A program made the translations under genes and the position numbers. The notes under the pieces were generated by a model. It was given only the letters and a program-made list of their open reading frames with translations, ran no database searches and was not told the origin of the DNA. This document shows positions 37,950 through 48,954 of a stretch of DNA of 64,000 nucleotides, one piece after another; the stretch's first letter is position 1, and every line of letters starts with the position of its first letter. Where the stretch lies: contig JAJYUZ010000003.1 in assembly GCA_021792255.1 (NCBI GenBank), positions 32,001-96,000 of the forward strand, given 5' to 3'. This DNA comes from Thermoplasmata archaeon (GTDB lineage Archaea; Thermoplasmatota; Thermoplasmata; Thermoplasmatales; GCA-001856825).

Positions 37950-39043
37950 AACTGGGAAAAGAAACCTTTCTCCTCTTTGAACTGTTCGAGTAGTTCCTTT
38001 TGCTTCTTACTTACCTTCTTTGGTAAAGATATCTTCGCCTTGAGGATTATGTCTGATTTTCCCCTTCCACTCTTCTTCGGAATACCCTCGCCTTTCAGCA
38101 CTATTCTTTCTTCGGGCTGTGTTCCGGGAGGAATGTCGATCTCCCTGTCGCCCGTCAACAGAGGGACTTTCAGTTTTCCACCGACTATGGCGTCGATGAA
38201 ATTGACCTGAACGTCTTTTTCAAGATCGTCGTTTTGCCTCCTAAATTCCATATAGTCGATATTGAATTGTATTCTCAGATCTCCTGAACCCCCTGGCCTA
38301 AAATTTCCTTTGTCCCTCAGTATGTAGACCTCTTCTTCGTGTACCCCTGGAGGAGGAGAAATCTCTATCTTGTCTTTCTTTCTAGTGTACCCTGATCCGG
38401 AGCAGACGTGGCACACCTTCTCTGGTATTTTTCCTCTGCCGTTGCAGCTCCTGCAGACTTCAGTAGTTCTGAAAAGTATGAACCCCTGATTCGTAGCTCT
38501 TTCGACGTACCCCCTGCCTCTACAGGTTTGGCAAGTCAGCAGTTTCTTAGTGGAAGAGCCAGTTCCGTTGCACTCTTCACATTTCATCTCCCTGAAATAG
38601 TAAACCTCAATCTTTTCGTTCCTTGCAATTCTCCTTATATCTATCGGTATCTCAGCGAGTACATCCGCACCTCTCAGTTCTCTCTGCTGGGTTGAAAATC
38701 CACCGAATGGATTACCAAAACCTCCGCCGCCGAACCCAAACTGCGAAAAGATGTCTCCAAAAATGTCCTGAATGTCCTGGTAGTGATGGAACTGATTCCA
38801 GTCAAAGCCTCCCTGGAACCTGACCCCTTCCTCACCATACTGATCAAATCGTGCTCTCTTCTGGTCGTCCATCAGCACTTCATACGCTTCACTGATGCTC
38901 TTGAATTTTTCCTCTGCTTCCTTCTTGTTCTCGGGGTTGAGGTCCGGATGGTACTTCTTTGCAAGATCCCTGTACGCTTTCTTGATATCGTCTTTCGATG
39001 CCTTTTTGTCTACTCCCAGAACGGCATAATAGTCCTTTCCCAT
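37940..39043 (-). CDS. dnaJ: chaperone DnaJ
   Basis: HPD J-domain, G/F-rich region and four CxxCxGxG repeats. Confidence 0.96.
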   Translation of the reverse strand: MGKDYYAVLGVDKKASKDDIKKAYRDLAKKYHPDLNPENKKEAEEKFKSISEAYEVLMDDQKRARFDQYGEEGVRFQGGFDWNQFHHYQDIQDIFGDIFSQFGFGGGGFGNPFGGFSTQQRELRGADVLAEIPIDIRRIARNEKIEVYYFREMKCEECNGTGSSTKKLLTCQTCRGRGYVERATNQGFILFRTTEVCRSCNGRGKIPEKVCHVCSGSGYTRKKDKIEISPPPGVHEEEVYILRDKGNFRPGGSGDLRIQFNIDYMEFRRQNDDLEKDVQVNFIDAIVGGKLKVPLLTGDREIDIPPGTQPEERIVLKGEGIPKKSGRGKSDIILKAKISLPKKVSKKQKELLEQFKEEKGFFSQFHL

Positions 39044-39056
39044 TTAAATCGGAAGT

Positions 39057-40916
39057 TCATTGTTCCTTATTTTCTTTATCTTCGTGAATCTCCGTCTCGT
39101 TTGGACCCTTTTCTGAGGAGGTTTCGTTCGGTTCCTGAGTTTGCTGCTGCTCTTCGGGCTTGACGTTCTTGTACATGTATTCCCCTATCTTCTGAATCTC
39201 TTTTGTCAGGACATCCATCTTTTCTTTTATTCCATCGACGTTCTTGTTTTGTATTTCGTCTTTGAGTTCTTTCAGCTTTCCGTTTATGTTGTCTTTGATG
39301 TCCTGCGGTATCTTCTCTCCATAATCAGCGAGGGTCTTTTCCGTTGAATAGGCTAGCGATTCTCCACCATTTATGGTTTCAATCTCTTCCTTCTTCTTCT
39401 TGTCTTCTTCTTCGTACTTTTTGGCCTCTTCCTTCATGCGGTTTATTTCTTCCTTGCTCAGCTTCGTACTGGAAGTAATCGTAATACCCCGCTGCTTGTT
39501 TGTGGCGAGATCCTTTGCATTGACGTTAAGAATTCCGTTTGAGTCTATATCGAAGGAAACTTCGATCTGTGGCATTCCTCTGGGTGCAGGAGGGATCCCG
39601 TCCAGCATGAACCTTCCGAGTGAAGTATTATCCTTGGCCATCGGTCTCTCGCCTTGGACAATTATTATTTCCACAGCGGTCTGATTGTCCGCTGCAGTGG
39701 AGAAGACCTGAGACTTCTTAGTGGGGATGGTCGTATTCGCAGAAATAAGGGGAGTAGCTACACCCCCGAGCGTTTCTATGCTGAGCGTAAGAGGGGTCAC
39801 GTCCAGGAGCACTATACCCTTCACTTCTCCGGCCAATACTGCAGCCTGGATCGATGCCCCAATCGCCACGCATTCCATCGGATCTACGCCGCTCTCCACT
39901 TTCTTGCCCATTATGTCCTCAACGAATTTCTTTACAATGGGCATTCTCGTTGGACCACCAACAAGAATTACTTTGCTGATGTCCGAAGAAGAAAGTTTTG
40001 CTCCCTTGAGTGCTTCGTCCACAGGTCTCTTTGCCCGGTCAATCGTTGGCCTGACAAGATTCTCCAAGTCCGCCCTCGTCATGGAGATCAGGAGATGCTT
40101 CGGGCCATCCGCACCACTCGTGATGTATGGTAAATTGACTTCGGTTGAGAGAGAAGTCGATAATTCTATCTTTGCCTTTTCCGCTGCATCCTTTAACCTG
40201 ATGTATGCATTCTTGTCTTTCCTGAGATCGATACCATTCTCCTGCTGGAATTTTGATGCGAGATGGTTTATCACTGCCTCGTCCATATCGGTTCCACCAA
40301 GTTTCGTATCTCCTGAGGTTGATAGCACTTCATACACTCCAGAGCTGAATTCCATGATCGTGACATCCAGAGTCCCTCCACCAAGATCGAACACCATTAT
40401 CCTGTGTTCTCCTTCCGTCTTATCGAGCCCATAGGCAAGTGCAGCTGCGGTTGGTTCGTTAATAATTCTTACCACATCCAGTCCAGCTATTGCACCAGCA
40501 TCTTTGGTCGCCTGTCTCTGGTTGTCGTTAAAATAGGCTGGTACCGTAATCACTGCCTTTGTAACCTTCTCTCCTAAGTATTTCTCGGAATCATCCTTGA
40601 TTTTCTGCAGCAGAAAAGCAGACACCTGCTGAGGGGTGTACTCCTTTCCTCTAATCTTGTACTTGTAACTTTCTCCCATCTTCCTCTTGAAAGCATATAT
40701 TGTCCCTTCTGGATTAGTAAGGGCTTGCCTTCTTGCCGGTTCTCCTACCAGCAGCTCTCCGTTCTTTGTAAATGCAACATAACTCGGAAATGCTTTACCT
40801 CCAATTGTTGTTCCTTCAGAGCTTGGCAGCACGACTGGCTTGCCAGCTATCATGACCGCAGCTTGTGAATTGCTTGTCCCTAGATCTATACCTAATATTT
40901 TTTCCATTTTACTCAC
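39057..40916 (-). CDS. dnaK: chaperone DnaK (Hsp70)
   Basis: [32 protein letters not shown]. Confidence 0.98.
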   Translation of the reverse strand: MSKMEKILGIDLGTSNSQAAVMIAGKPVVLPSSEGTTIGGKAFPSYVAFTKNGELLVGEPARRQALTNPEGTIYAFKRKMGESYKYKIRGKEYTPQQVSAFLLQKIKDDSEKYLGEKVTKAVITVPAYFNDNQRQATKDAGAIAGLDVVRIINEPTAAALAYGLDKTEGEHRIMVFDLGGGTLDVTIMEFSSGVYEVLSTSGDTKLGGTDMDEAVINHLASKFQQENGIDLRKDKNAYIRLKDAAEKAKIELSTSLSTEVNLPYITSGADGPKHLLISMTRADLENLVRPTIDRAKRPVDEALKGAKLSSSDISKVILVGGPTRMPIVKKFVEDIMGKKVESGVDPMECVAIGASIQAAVLAGEVKGIVLLDVTPLTLSIETLGGVATPLISANTTIPTKKSQVFSTAADNQTAVEIIIVQGERPMAKDNTSLGRFMLDGIPPAPRGMPQIEVSFDIDSNGILNVNAKDLATNKQRGITITSSTKLSKEEINRMKEEAKKYEEEDKKKKEEIETINGGESLAYSTEKTLADYGEKIPQDIKDNINGKLKELKDEIQNKNVDGIKEKMDVLTKEIQKIGEYMYKNVKPEEQQQTQEPNETSSEKGPNETEIHEDKENKEQ

Positions 40917-41391
40917 CTTTATTGAGAATTACCAATTCTGGTCTTATTACTCTGCCTCCAAGTACGTATCCCTTCCTCACCACTTTTTTGATTGTGTTAG
41001 GCTCTCCGCCATCTTCTATTCCAATTGCTTCATGCCTGTTGGGATCGAACTTCGTGTTATCTTCTATTGCGCTGAGCCCTTCCTTCTGCAGAATTACATC
41101 TATCTGTTTTTTAATGGCCAAGGTTCCTTCGTCTCTAGCGTTGTCCAGACCGTCAAGTACAGGAAGAAGTTCTTTGATTATCCTCTCCGAAGCATAGCCT
41201 ACAAGTTTTAAAGATTCCTCGCCTATTCTCTTTTGAAAATTCTCGAGGTCTGCAGAGAATCTGAGGTTTTGCTCACGTAGCTCCTGAATTGTTTTCTCTT
41301 TCTGACCAACGCTTTCCTGTAGTAACTTTAGCTTCTCCGAACACTCGGCAATAGATTGCTTAAGAGACCGATAATAGGAGACAGATGGCAC
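40909..41391 (-). CDS. grpE: nucleotide exchange factor GrpE
   Basis: [25 protein letters not shown]...RVIRP. Confidence 0.93.
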   Translation of the reverse strand: MPSVSYYRSLKQSIAECSEKLKLLQESVGQKEKTIQELREQNLRFSADLENFQKRIGEESLKLVGYASERIIKELLPVLDGLDNARDEGTLAIKKQIDVILQKEGLSAIEDNTKFDPNRHEAIGIEDGGEPNTIKKVVRKGYVLGGRVIRPELVILNKGE

Positions 41392-41577
41392 TTTCCCTAA
41401 TTTTGCACTTCTATAATAACGTTACTACAGCTGGTAGCGTGTCAAGCAATTGAATACTACATTCTTAACGGCCAACAATAGAGTTCTTTCTTGTCTCAAG
41501 ACATTCTGTTTTCAGCCATTGCTGCGGAGATGAAGCTTGGACAAAATTTAGTTATATGGATTGCAAATAAGCATCAA

Positions 41578-42261
41578 ATGGTGAACATTCTCCTCTCTGG
41601 AGGTGGAGGAAGGGCCGACGTTGCCCTAGTGAAACTTTTGGTCAAATCCATCCCAGAAAATGGTAGGTTGCTTTACATTCCCGTAGCAGTTCCATTGTCA
41701 AGATTTAGCTATGGGCAATGCTATGACTGGATCACCTCTGTGCACGGACAGAACGGTCTTAAGATGATAGATATGTGGACTGACCTTAAAGACAGGAGCT
41801 ATGAAGAACTTGCGAGATATTCAGCCGTCTTCATAGGCGGTGGGAATACGTTCAACCTGCTTAAACAGGTAAGGGAGACAGGATTTGATCGCTTGCTTCT
41901 CGAATACATTAAGAATGGTTTGCCAGTATACGGTGGAAGCGCTGGTGCGATAATCCTTGGGAAAGATATAGGAACTGCATATTTTGGGGGAGACGCAGAC
42001 AAGAATGAGGTCGGACTGAAAGACCTTAAAGGATTGGATGCTGCACGAGGATATTCGATTGCCTGCCATCACAATGGTCTGAAATATGATCATTTAGCAG
42101 CTGGGTACTCACAGGCGACGGGAATACCCACCATTGCGCTGAGAGATGGTACCGGGATACAGGTGAAAAATACCAAAATACTGGTCATTGGACCAAGCCC
42201 AGCCAAGGTCTTCGAGGGAAAGAATTCGACTATCTTCAAGAAAGGATCTGTCGTGGAATGA
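41578..42261 (+). CDS. peptidase S51 (dipeptidase E-like)
   Basis: LSGGG, GGGNTF.LL and the GGSAGA nucleophile elbow. Confidence 0.8.
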   Translation: MVNILLSGGGGRADVALVKLLVKSIPENGRLLYIPVAVPLSRFSYGQCYDWITSVHGQNGLKMIDMWTDLKDRSYEELARYSAVFIGGGNTFNLLKQVRETGFDRLLLEYIKNGLPVYGGSAGAIILGKDIGTAYFGGDADKNEVGLKDLKGLDAARGYSIACHHNGLKYDHLAAGYSQATGIPTIALRDGTGIQVKNTKILVIGPSPAKVFEGKNSTIFKKGSVVE

Positions 42262-42360
42262 TACAGTTTTACACCACAGTATGATGAGATATCCCTGGTC
42301 GATTTTTGGTACTCTGGACCTATGGAAAGGGCCAAATATCAATTTTATAGTAGTGAATAT

Positions 42361-42987
42361 ATGAATGAAAAAAATGGAACTGGTATACCGGTGACAATAG
42401 TTCTTGTTGCTGTAATAGTCGTACTAGTGGTAGCATTTGCCTTCTCTTATTCATCAATGCACTCGGAAATAAATACAATGAATCAGAAAATTTCTAATCT
42501 CAATGGTAAGATTTCCACACAGAATACTACAATTCTTGATATGAAATCGAACGAGACAAATATGTCTCAAATTATTGCATCTCTCACAGGAGAATTGGAC
42601 ATAGCAGGTGGTAATTACGCTAAACTCAATCTGCTTTTTTCTTGGGTAGATCAAATTTATGGAATCCACACCAATTTTCTCGCATATAACGCTACTGCTA
42701 CGGTCTCAGCCAAACAATATCAAGAAATCGTACAGGAAATCACCCCCTCTAACAATACAACGATTGTCTTTTTGACCCAGGCCCCAAATCGGGGATTTAT
42801 GAGTGGCAATGGTACTAGTACTCTTCAAAATATCACTTACTTAATGGACGCAACTGGACCACAATTGGGTGAGGTCAATGCAATGTGGGGACCTATCATT
42901 CTACCAAATTTCAGTCTATGGTTCTATAATACGGGCAATGTGTCTACAACTTTCAATTTTACCATTATAGAGATATGGAGTTCTTGA
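42361..42987 (+). CDS. membrane-anchored secreted protein with coiled coil
   Basis: N-terminal TM segment, heptad region and many N-x-S/T sequons. Confidence 0.7.
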   Translation: MNEKNGTGIPVTIVLVAVIVVLVVAFAFSYSSMHSEINTMNQKISNLNGKISTQNTTILDMKSNETNMSQIIASLTGELDIAGGNYAKLNLLFSWVDQIYGIHTNFLAYNATATVSAKQYQEIVQEITPSNNTTIVFLTQAPNRGFMSGNGTSTLQNITYLMDATGPQLGEVNAMWGPIILPNFSLWFYNTGNVSTTFNFTIIEIWSS

Positions 42988-43095
42988 TAAGTACGCGACG
43001 TTCAAAGGAATGAATACTACTTATGTGGATCCCGTTTAATATATGAGCGTGTGCATGTTGCCCAACCATTACAAGGCTAGAAGGAGAGAGCATAA

Positions 43096-43269
43096 ATGTC
43101 TAAAATGATCCGGTGCCCAAACTGCGGATTCGAGTTCGCAAAACCAAAGATAGCATCAAAAGTCACCGTCGGATTCACCTTTACTTTTTTCCCCGGACCC
43201 CTCGCCGGAAAGATAAGATGCCCTCAATGCGGGAAAGAAGAGATGACATACAATTACCTGAAAGTCTAG
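43096..43269 (+). CDS. 57-aa zinc-ribbon microprotein (absent from ORF track)
   Basis: MSKMIRCPNCGFEF...FTFTFFPGPLAGKIRCPQCGKEE..; two CPxCG motifs; upstream AGGAG and TTTAATAT. Confidence 0.75.
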   Translation: MSKMIRCPNCGFEFAKPKIASKVTVGFTFTFFPGPLAGKIRCPQCGKEEMTYNYLKV

Positions 43270-43499
43270 ATGGGAGTGTACCCGCTCCAATTATAGGAGA
43301 TTCAGGATCAGCGACGGATACAGCGGTTCACGAATTTCAACTTATAGTCTTATTGAGAGATGGAGAATAATTCATTCTGTCTGAAATGTCAAAGAATAAT
43401 ACGGAAAAATCGACGCTCTTAAAACGCATTTCCTGTACTTAAATTTGGCATTAATCCAAACGAAAGAATAATTTATTAGGTCGCCGGAAATCGTTTGAA

Positions 43500-44420
43500 A
43501 TGATATATGCCGAGGGACTCACCAAGGTTTTTGGGGATTTCACTGCGGTTGAGAACCTTACCTTTCAGGTTACAGACGGTGAGATTTTTGGTCTTCTGGG
43601 CCCGAACGGTGCAGGGAAGACATCTACCCTGAGGATGCTCTCCTGTTTGATCTCCAAAACAAGCGGGGAGGCAAGAATAGGTGACTTGTCCATAGGCAAC
43701 AAAGAAGATTCAATAAAAATAAGAAGAATTATAGGACTGGTTGCAGAAAATGTGGGACTTTATGAAGAACTCAGCGCATACAAGAATCTTGACTTTTACG
43801 GGAAACTATATGGCCTATCGGAAACTCAAAGGAAGGAAAATTTAAAAAATCTACTTGAGGAATTTGACCTCTGGGAGGTCAGGGATAAACCCGTGGCAAC
43901 GTTCTCTAAAGGAATGAAACAAAAGGTGGCAATTGCCAGGGCTCTATCTCACGATCCAAAAGTTCTATTTTTGGATGAGCCGACCGCCAACCTAGACCCT
44001 GAGGCTGCCAAAATGGTAAGAGATTCGATCTTGAATTTAAAAAAGGAAGGTAAGACTATTTTCCTAAACACCCATAACCTGGACGAAGCCCAGAGGATAT
44101 GTGATAGGGTAGGTATATTGAAGACGAAGCTTATCGCACTCGGGTCGCCGGAACAGCTCAAGGAATCTTTGAAGGGGGACAAGACGATCATAGACCTCGA
44201 GGAGATAAACGATAAAATCCTTGGAGCTATTAAGACCGTTTCATCTTCTGAAATCGAGATAGACGGGAAGAGATTAATCATCGATGTCAGGAATCCTCAG
44301 GCTGAAAATCCTATCCTAATCAAGGCAATTACTTCCGCAGGAGGAAACATCGTTGCGGTAAGCCAACTCTCCCCTACCATGGAGGAGGTTTACATTAAAG
44401 CAGTGAGGGAGAAAAAATGA
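43500..44420 (+). CDS. ABC exporter ATP-binding subunit
   Basis: GPNGAGKT, FSKGMKQ, LDEPT and H-loop. Confidence 0.93.
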   Translation: MIYAEGLTKVFGDFTAVENLTFQVTDGEIFGLLGPNGAGKTSTLRMLSCLISKTSGEARIGDLSIGNKEDSIKIRRIIGLVAENVGLYEELSAYKNLDFYGKLYGLSETQRKENLKNLLEEFDLWEVRDKPVATFSKGMKQKVAIARALSHDPKVLFLDEPTANLDPEAAKMVRDSILNLKKEGKTIFLNTHNLDEAQRICDRVGILKTKLIALGSPEQLKESLKGDKTIIDLEEINDKILGAIKTVSSSEIEIDGKRLIIDVRNPQAENPILIKAITSAGGNIVAVSQLSPTMEEVYIKAVREKK

Positions 44421-45160
44421 GCTTCAAGAACGCGTGGATAGTTACTCAGAAGGAGTTCTCAATAGTAAGATTGAGGAAGACCCTGATTTATTTCTACGTG
44501 GCTATTCCGCTCGTACTGTCGATTGGTCTTCCATTGCTGGTCTTGCACATAATATCAGGTTCATCTATCAAAGCTTCAGATGTCCAATATGTGACGGGGC
44601 TGATGGACGCATTTGAGTTCTTCTTCGCGATCATTGCAGTAATCTTGTCCTCGTACACCTCAGCTTACAGCATAGTTGGCGAAAAGATACAGAAGAGTCT
44701 CGAGCCACTGCTTTCTACACCTATTTCTGATGGAGAGATTCTGCTCGGCAAGGCACTTTCCGCTTTTATTCCTTCATTCGTCGCAGTACTAATGGGAGAC
44801 TCGATCTACATGACGATGATGGATAAGGTCACCTTCCATCTCCTTGGGTATTCATATTATCCAAACTTGTCAGTGGCGATCGTGCTCCTACTTCTCGTAC
44901 CAGTCACCATAGTCTTTTCCATTGAAGTCAGCACAGTGGCATCATCGCGAGTCAGCGATCCGAGAAGTTCGTACCAGCTATCCATGGCAGGGTTCATTCC
45001 GTTCTTCATCGTCTATGTCTTGACTGAGGTCGGAGTGATCACCCTTACAAACACAACCCTACTGAGTATCTCAGGGTTAGTAGCCGTAGCTGACGTCCTG
45101 ATGTACACCGCGGTGATTAAGACATTCAACAGAGACAAGATTCTGACCACCTGGAAGTGA
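44417..45160 (+). CDS. ABC-2 type permease
   Basis: 6 TM segments; SIVGEK..KSLEPLL.TP.....LLGK. Confidence 0.88.
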   Translation: MSFKNAWIVTQKEFSIVRLRKTLIYFYVAIPLVLSIGLPLLVLHIISGSSIKASDVQYVTGLMDAFEFFFAIIAVILSSYTSAYSIVGEKIQKSLEPLLSTPISDGEILLGKALSAFIPSFVAVLMGDSIYMTMMDKVTFHLLGYSYYPNLSVAIVLLLLVPVTIVFSIEVSTVASSRVSDPRSSYQLSMAGFIPFFIVYVLTEVGVITLTNTTLLSISGLVAVADVLMYTAVIKTFNRDKILTTWK

Positions 45161-45283
45161 GACTCAGGGGAAGAACGAGTTGAAGGTGACCATAAAAAGT
45201 GCTTCCATGTCTTGAAAAGCAACGCTCCAGAACGACGGAATCTTGGTGTGCTATAGGAACGTGCACCTTCCATAGTCTAGCTG

Positions 45284-45820
45284 TTATTTCTTGACCTGTC
45301 TCCTGATGAACATTTCTTCAGTTACAGTCCAGTTCTTGCCTGAATCGTTGCTGCTTTCTGCTCTCCATTTGAATGAGTCCTTCCTCTTTTCGAAGTATAT
45401 CCACTTCATGATCTTTCGCTTAGTTTCCCTCGACTCGAGTACGACGGTCTTACCTATCTTTTTACCGACGAACTCCCGTATGGTAGCTTGGTTAGGGGAT
45501 ATCCACATGCTGCTCCACGAGTCTGACTCTAAATCATAATAGTGAATCGTTGTCCCACCAGTATCATTAATGCCGTCATCTGTGGACAACCACACATCCT
45601 GTACGGCTGTTCCTCCGAGTATCCATCCCGAGTGGACCTCGCCCTTGGAACTTTTCCAAGAACCATCTTGCTGCAGACTATGGGCTTCGACTATATCCCA
45701 GTCGCCCACGAATTGACCGAGCAACATTAATTTGTCCTTTAGAGGTCCGTACGGACCCTGAGCGTGCAGGTACTTTATAGGATGGATGACTCCGTCTTGC
45801 ATCGTCTTTTTTCTAGACAC
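45284..45820 (-). CDS. hypothetical beta-barrel protein (DUF1579-like)
   Basis: FVGDW, WILGG.AVQD, S.D.GK.W pattern. Confidence 0.6.
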   Translation of the reverse strand: MSRKKTMQDGVIHPIKYLHAQGPYGPLKDKLMLLGQFVGDWDIVEAHSLQQDGSWKSSKGEVHSGWILGGTAVQDVWLSTDDGINDTGGTTIHYYDLESDSWSSMWISPNQATIREFVGKKIGKTVVLESRETKRKIMKWIYFEKRKDSFKWRAESSNDSGKNWTVTEEMFIRRQVKK

Positions 45821-45985
45821 ATCTTTCTTAAGCGAAAACCAAGTATTTCAATATCTCGTAGCTGTTTCTTCAATATCCTAGCGCCAATTTTCGACTCCGC
45901 ATCGTTAGACTTTGTACTGATAAATTATCAAAAGGAAAATCATATATTGTGAACTCGATACCAGTTCTCATTAAATTGAAGGAGA

Positions 45986-46891
45986 ATGGAGCAACAAATG
46001 ACGGATAAACGCGAGTTCCCTGCCGCACAGATTACCAGCCTTGCCTTGTTCATATTGTCATCCGTTTTTGCGGTCTATCTTGCAAGGATTGCTGTGGCAG
46101 TCGAACCATCAATCTCTGCAAGCAGTCCCACGTCGGGATTTGGGTACGTGATATACTATTTTGTCGCGGCCATCGTGTTCTCTGCGCTGCTCATATACTT
46201 CGCAAGAAAGTACAAGCTGAACTTTCTCAAATGGCTCTTCATAGCTGCCATCGGACTAATGGTCTTCTACATCTGGAATTATCTTGGCTTGGTTATAGCC
46301 AATACGTATGATCAATATTATGCCATTATAATCGCAGCTCCCGTGATAATGGTACTCGCCTTGATACTCAACAACAAGTGGTACGTAGTCAACATAGCTG
46401 GTTTCTTTCTATGCTCAGGAATGGCATTTGTACTGGGCCTGTTGCTCGGCATTTGGGCTGCCACGATCTTCTTGGCCGTTTTCGCAATATACGATTATGT
46501 ATCGGTCTATAAAACGAAGCACATGATAGGATTGGCAAAGATTGCAATTGATAGGGATCTTCCGATGCTCTTCGTGTTCCCCACCAATTTTTCAACAGAC
46601 GTTGGGAAGATAGAGATTACTGAGAATGGCATTGCCGAACACACAGCGATGGCGCTGGGCTTTGGAGATGTAGCCTTCCCTGGAATAATGGTCGTAGCAT
46701 CGGCAATCTTCGGTATGAAGATCGGCCACTTCTTGCCGTTTTTTGTGCTGCCTCTTCTGGGAGGAATTGCGGGCATGATCTACCTCGTGCTGGGCAATGT
46801 CAAAAAGCCAGCACCTGGCCTTCCGTTCCTGAACACCGGAGTGATCGCTGGCATGCTCATTTCTTACCTGATTTTCGTTTTGATTCTGTAG
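45986..46891 (+). CDS. presenilin/SPP-family intramembrane aspartyl protease (PSH)
   Basis: YD..SV, LGFGD and PGLP motifs; about 9 TM segments. Confidence 0.9.
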   Translation: MEQQMTDKREFPAAQITSLALFILSSVFAVYLARIAVAVEPSISASSPTSGFGYVIYYFVAAIVFSALLIYFARKYKLNFLKWLFIAAIGLMVFYIWNYLGLVIANTYDQYYAIIIAAPVIMVLALILNNKWYVVNIAGFFLCSGMAFVLGLLLGIWAATIFLAVFAIYDYVSVYKTKHMIGLAKIAIDRDLPMLFVFPTNFSTDVGKIEITENGIAEHTAMALGFGDVAFPGIMVVASAIFGMKIGHFLPFFVLPLLGGIAGMIYLVLGNVKKPAPGLPFLNTGVIAGMLISYLIFVLIL

Positions 46892-46995
46892 AATTCTGAC
46901 CCCTAATTTTCTGTTGAATGGGTCGAGCGATATCACCAGACTTCTCTGTCAGTCCTTCTGGAAATCCTTAATAGCAATCTTGTCACTGACTATCG

Positions 46996-47463
46996 ATGAA
47001 ATGGATTACTAGGGAAAAGGCCAGAGTAGATAGGATTGCTTGTCCGTGGCTCATCCAAAAATTCGTGGACCCGCAGGCTGTTTTCCTCTTTGTCCCAAAG
47101 GATAGGGTAATGGAAGAGGCAAAGAAGACTGGAGCAATTCCATTCGATGCCCCTGGTGCAGAGCTCTATCACTACAAGGAAGGAGGATCGGAGTTCGTGT
47201 CGTTCGATTCCGTCATAAAGAAGTATCATCTCACCGATCATGCACTTTTAGAACTTGCCAAGATAGTAAGAGGAGCCGATGCGACCATCGCGGATACTCC
47301 GCCGGAATCACCGGGGCTCGAAGCCGCTGCCAATGGATTCAATAGAATGACAAAGGACGATTTCGAAAATATGAGGCTTCAGTTTCCTCTATACGATGCC
47401 CTCTACGAATACTGCAAGGCAAAGGTCACTGAGGGAAAGGTAATTGAGCACTCCCTAAAGTGA
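46996..47463 (+). CDS. ChrB C-terminal-domain (chromate resistance) protein
   Basis: MKWITR....VDR.AC.WLI..F.D, PFD..G...H, V.GAD, YDALY. Confidence 0.82.
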   Translation: MKWITREKARVDRIACPWLIQKFVDPQAVFLFVPKDRVMEEAKKTGAIPFDAPGAELYHYKEGGSEFVSFDSVIKKYHLTDHALLELAKIVRGADATIADTPPESPGLEAAANGFNRMTKDDFENMRLQFPLYDALYEYCKAKVTEGKVIEHSLK

Positions 47464-47487
47464 AGACTCGCTTCTATTCGACTCTCT

Positions 47488-48924
47488 CTAAATGGGACCT
47501 GCAGGCATTCTTGCCTTAGCTTCGTCTATGATTGATATGACCGTCTTTTTGAACTGGGGGAACTCTCCAGGAGACTTTGGATAGTCTGCGTAGATTCCGT
47601 TCAGCTCTTTCATTCTCTGGGTAGTCCAGAGCAAGTTCTTGAATGCCTTGAGCGCTCCGACTCCCTTGACGAGTTTGGCGACTTTCTTTGTCAGGGACAG
47701 TTCGGGTATCCTCCCATAGGTGATTTCCACTGCTTCCTCATAAGTGATGAAGCTCTTCATTCCATAGTCTATGTCTTCATTGGTCAGCGACTGAAGGAAT
47801 ATCCTGAATACTTCCATTCCGGCCATGCTTTTACCATAATGATTCACGTAATCTACGTTGTAATTCCACAGGCCTTCAAGACCGTTGTTCCCAGATTCTA
47901 CTGCGATTGCTGCGGTCTTTCCTGCAAAGATTCCTCCAATCAGAGCTGGACCTATTCCACCTGCGCTGAGTGGGTTCGCAGAAGCCATCGAATCGCCTGC
48001 TCCAATGTAACCTGGATAGACCATTCCCTCCATTTGCCTCCTGACGCTGACGCTCCAGTATCCTTCTCCGTTCTTGTCTGAGTTATCGAGTTGATAGTTC
48101 TTGAAGAGCGGATTCCACTTTACGTACTTCTCAATTAGCGACTTCAGGTTGTCGTTCGTACCGAGTTTCTTATTCCTCATTTCCAGACTCTTGTGTTGAA
48201 CTCCCAGACCCACGTTGACTCTGCCTCCCGTTTTTGGGAACACCCATCCGTAGCCTCCAGGAGCCATCTGCTGGTTCAGATGGATCAGAGCATTCTTCTT
48301 GTCGTAGTACCTTTGATCGCCAAACGAGCCGTCTGTCTTATAAATGAATCTTCCAGTCAGTTCCAGATCTTCATAGTCTATCTCCTTGTCAATGTACTGA
48401 TTTTCCGGAAGCTTCCTTCTCAAAAGAGATGCGATTCCGAGAGAGTCTATTGTGATCTTTGCCCTTATCTTCTCCTCTTCTCCCTTCTCATTTTTCCCGA
48501 ACACTCCCACGACCTTGTTGTCTTCAATGAGTGGTCCTTCAACGCTGAATTTCCCTCTGAACTCTGCTCCATTCTTTATCGCTTCGTCAAAGAGAGACTT
48601 CGCGAAGACCGGTCTCTCAAGACTGTACCCTTCTCCTTCGAAGGGTAATTTATAACCGAGATCCGGAGAGAGGGCCATGACCCCATCAACCTTCAGACCC
48701 AGTGCACTTTCACTGAACGTATTGCCCAGATTCTTTTGAACGAATGAAATGTGTGATTGGGCAACGGCATCGCCGCAAACCCATCCCCAGACAGTCTTCT
48801 TTCCTGGTTCCAGAGCAGAGTTTCTGTCGAGTAGAAGAACGCTCTTACCCAATTTTCCTGTCATAGCTGCGGCTGTAGCACCGGACACGCCAGCACCTGC
48901 AACTATTACATCGTAATCTGCCAT
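47488..48924 (-). CDS. geranylgeranyl reductase family flavoprotein (digeranylgeranylglycerophospholipid reductase-like)
   Basis: GAGVSG, CGDAV, PGGYGWVFP, GD.....P..AGGI. Start placed at MADYDV (48924), not 49101. Confidence 0.85.
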   Translation of the reverse strand: MADYDVIVAGAGVSGATAAAMTGKLGKSVLLLDRNSALEPGKKTVWGWVCGDAVAQSHISFVQKNLGNTFSESALGLKVDGVMALSPDLGYKLPFEGEGYSLERPVFAKSLFDEAIKNGAEFRGKFSVEGPLIEDNKVVGVFGKNEKGEEEKIRAKITIDSLGIASLLRRKLPENQYIDKEIDYEDLELTGRFIYKTDGSFGDQRYYDKKNALIHLNQQMAPGGYGWVFPKTGGRVNVGLGVQHKSLEMRNKKLGTNDNLKSLIEKYVKWNPLFKNYQLDNSDKNGEGYWSVSVRRQMEGMVYPGYIGAGDSMASANPLSAGGIGPALIGGIFAGKTAAIAVESGNNGLEGLWNYNVDYVNHYGKSMAGMEVFRIFLQSLTNEDIDYGMKSFITYEEAVEITYGRIPELSLTKKVAKLVKGVGALKAFKNLLWTTQRMKELNGIYADYPKSPGEFPQFKKTVISIIDEAKARMPAGPI

Positions 48925-48954
48925 GCTGGTGAAACATGATGTCTTATAAAAATG

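Noticed and set aside
39373-40434. Long +strand ORFs antisense to dnaK (up to 237 aa); similar ones opposite alaS and iorA
   Set aside because: Shadow frames of conserved genes with no protein motifs; antisense ORFs opposite hsp70 are a familiar artefact.
41392-41577. CIRCE operator upstream of grpE-dnaK-dnaJ
   Set aside because: No TTAGCACTC-N9-GAGTGCTAA match and no hrcA in the window.
43113-43370. 85-aa ORF in the track
   Set aside because: It overlaps the 57-aa double-CPxCG ORF in another frame, which has the SD and recognisable motifs.
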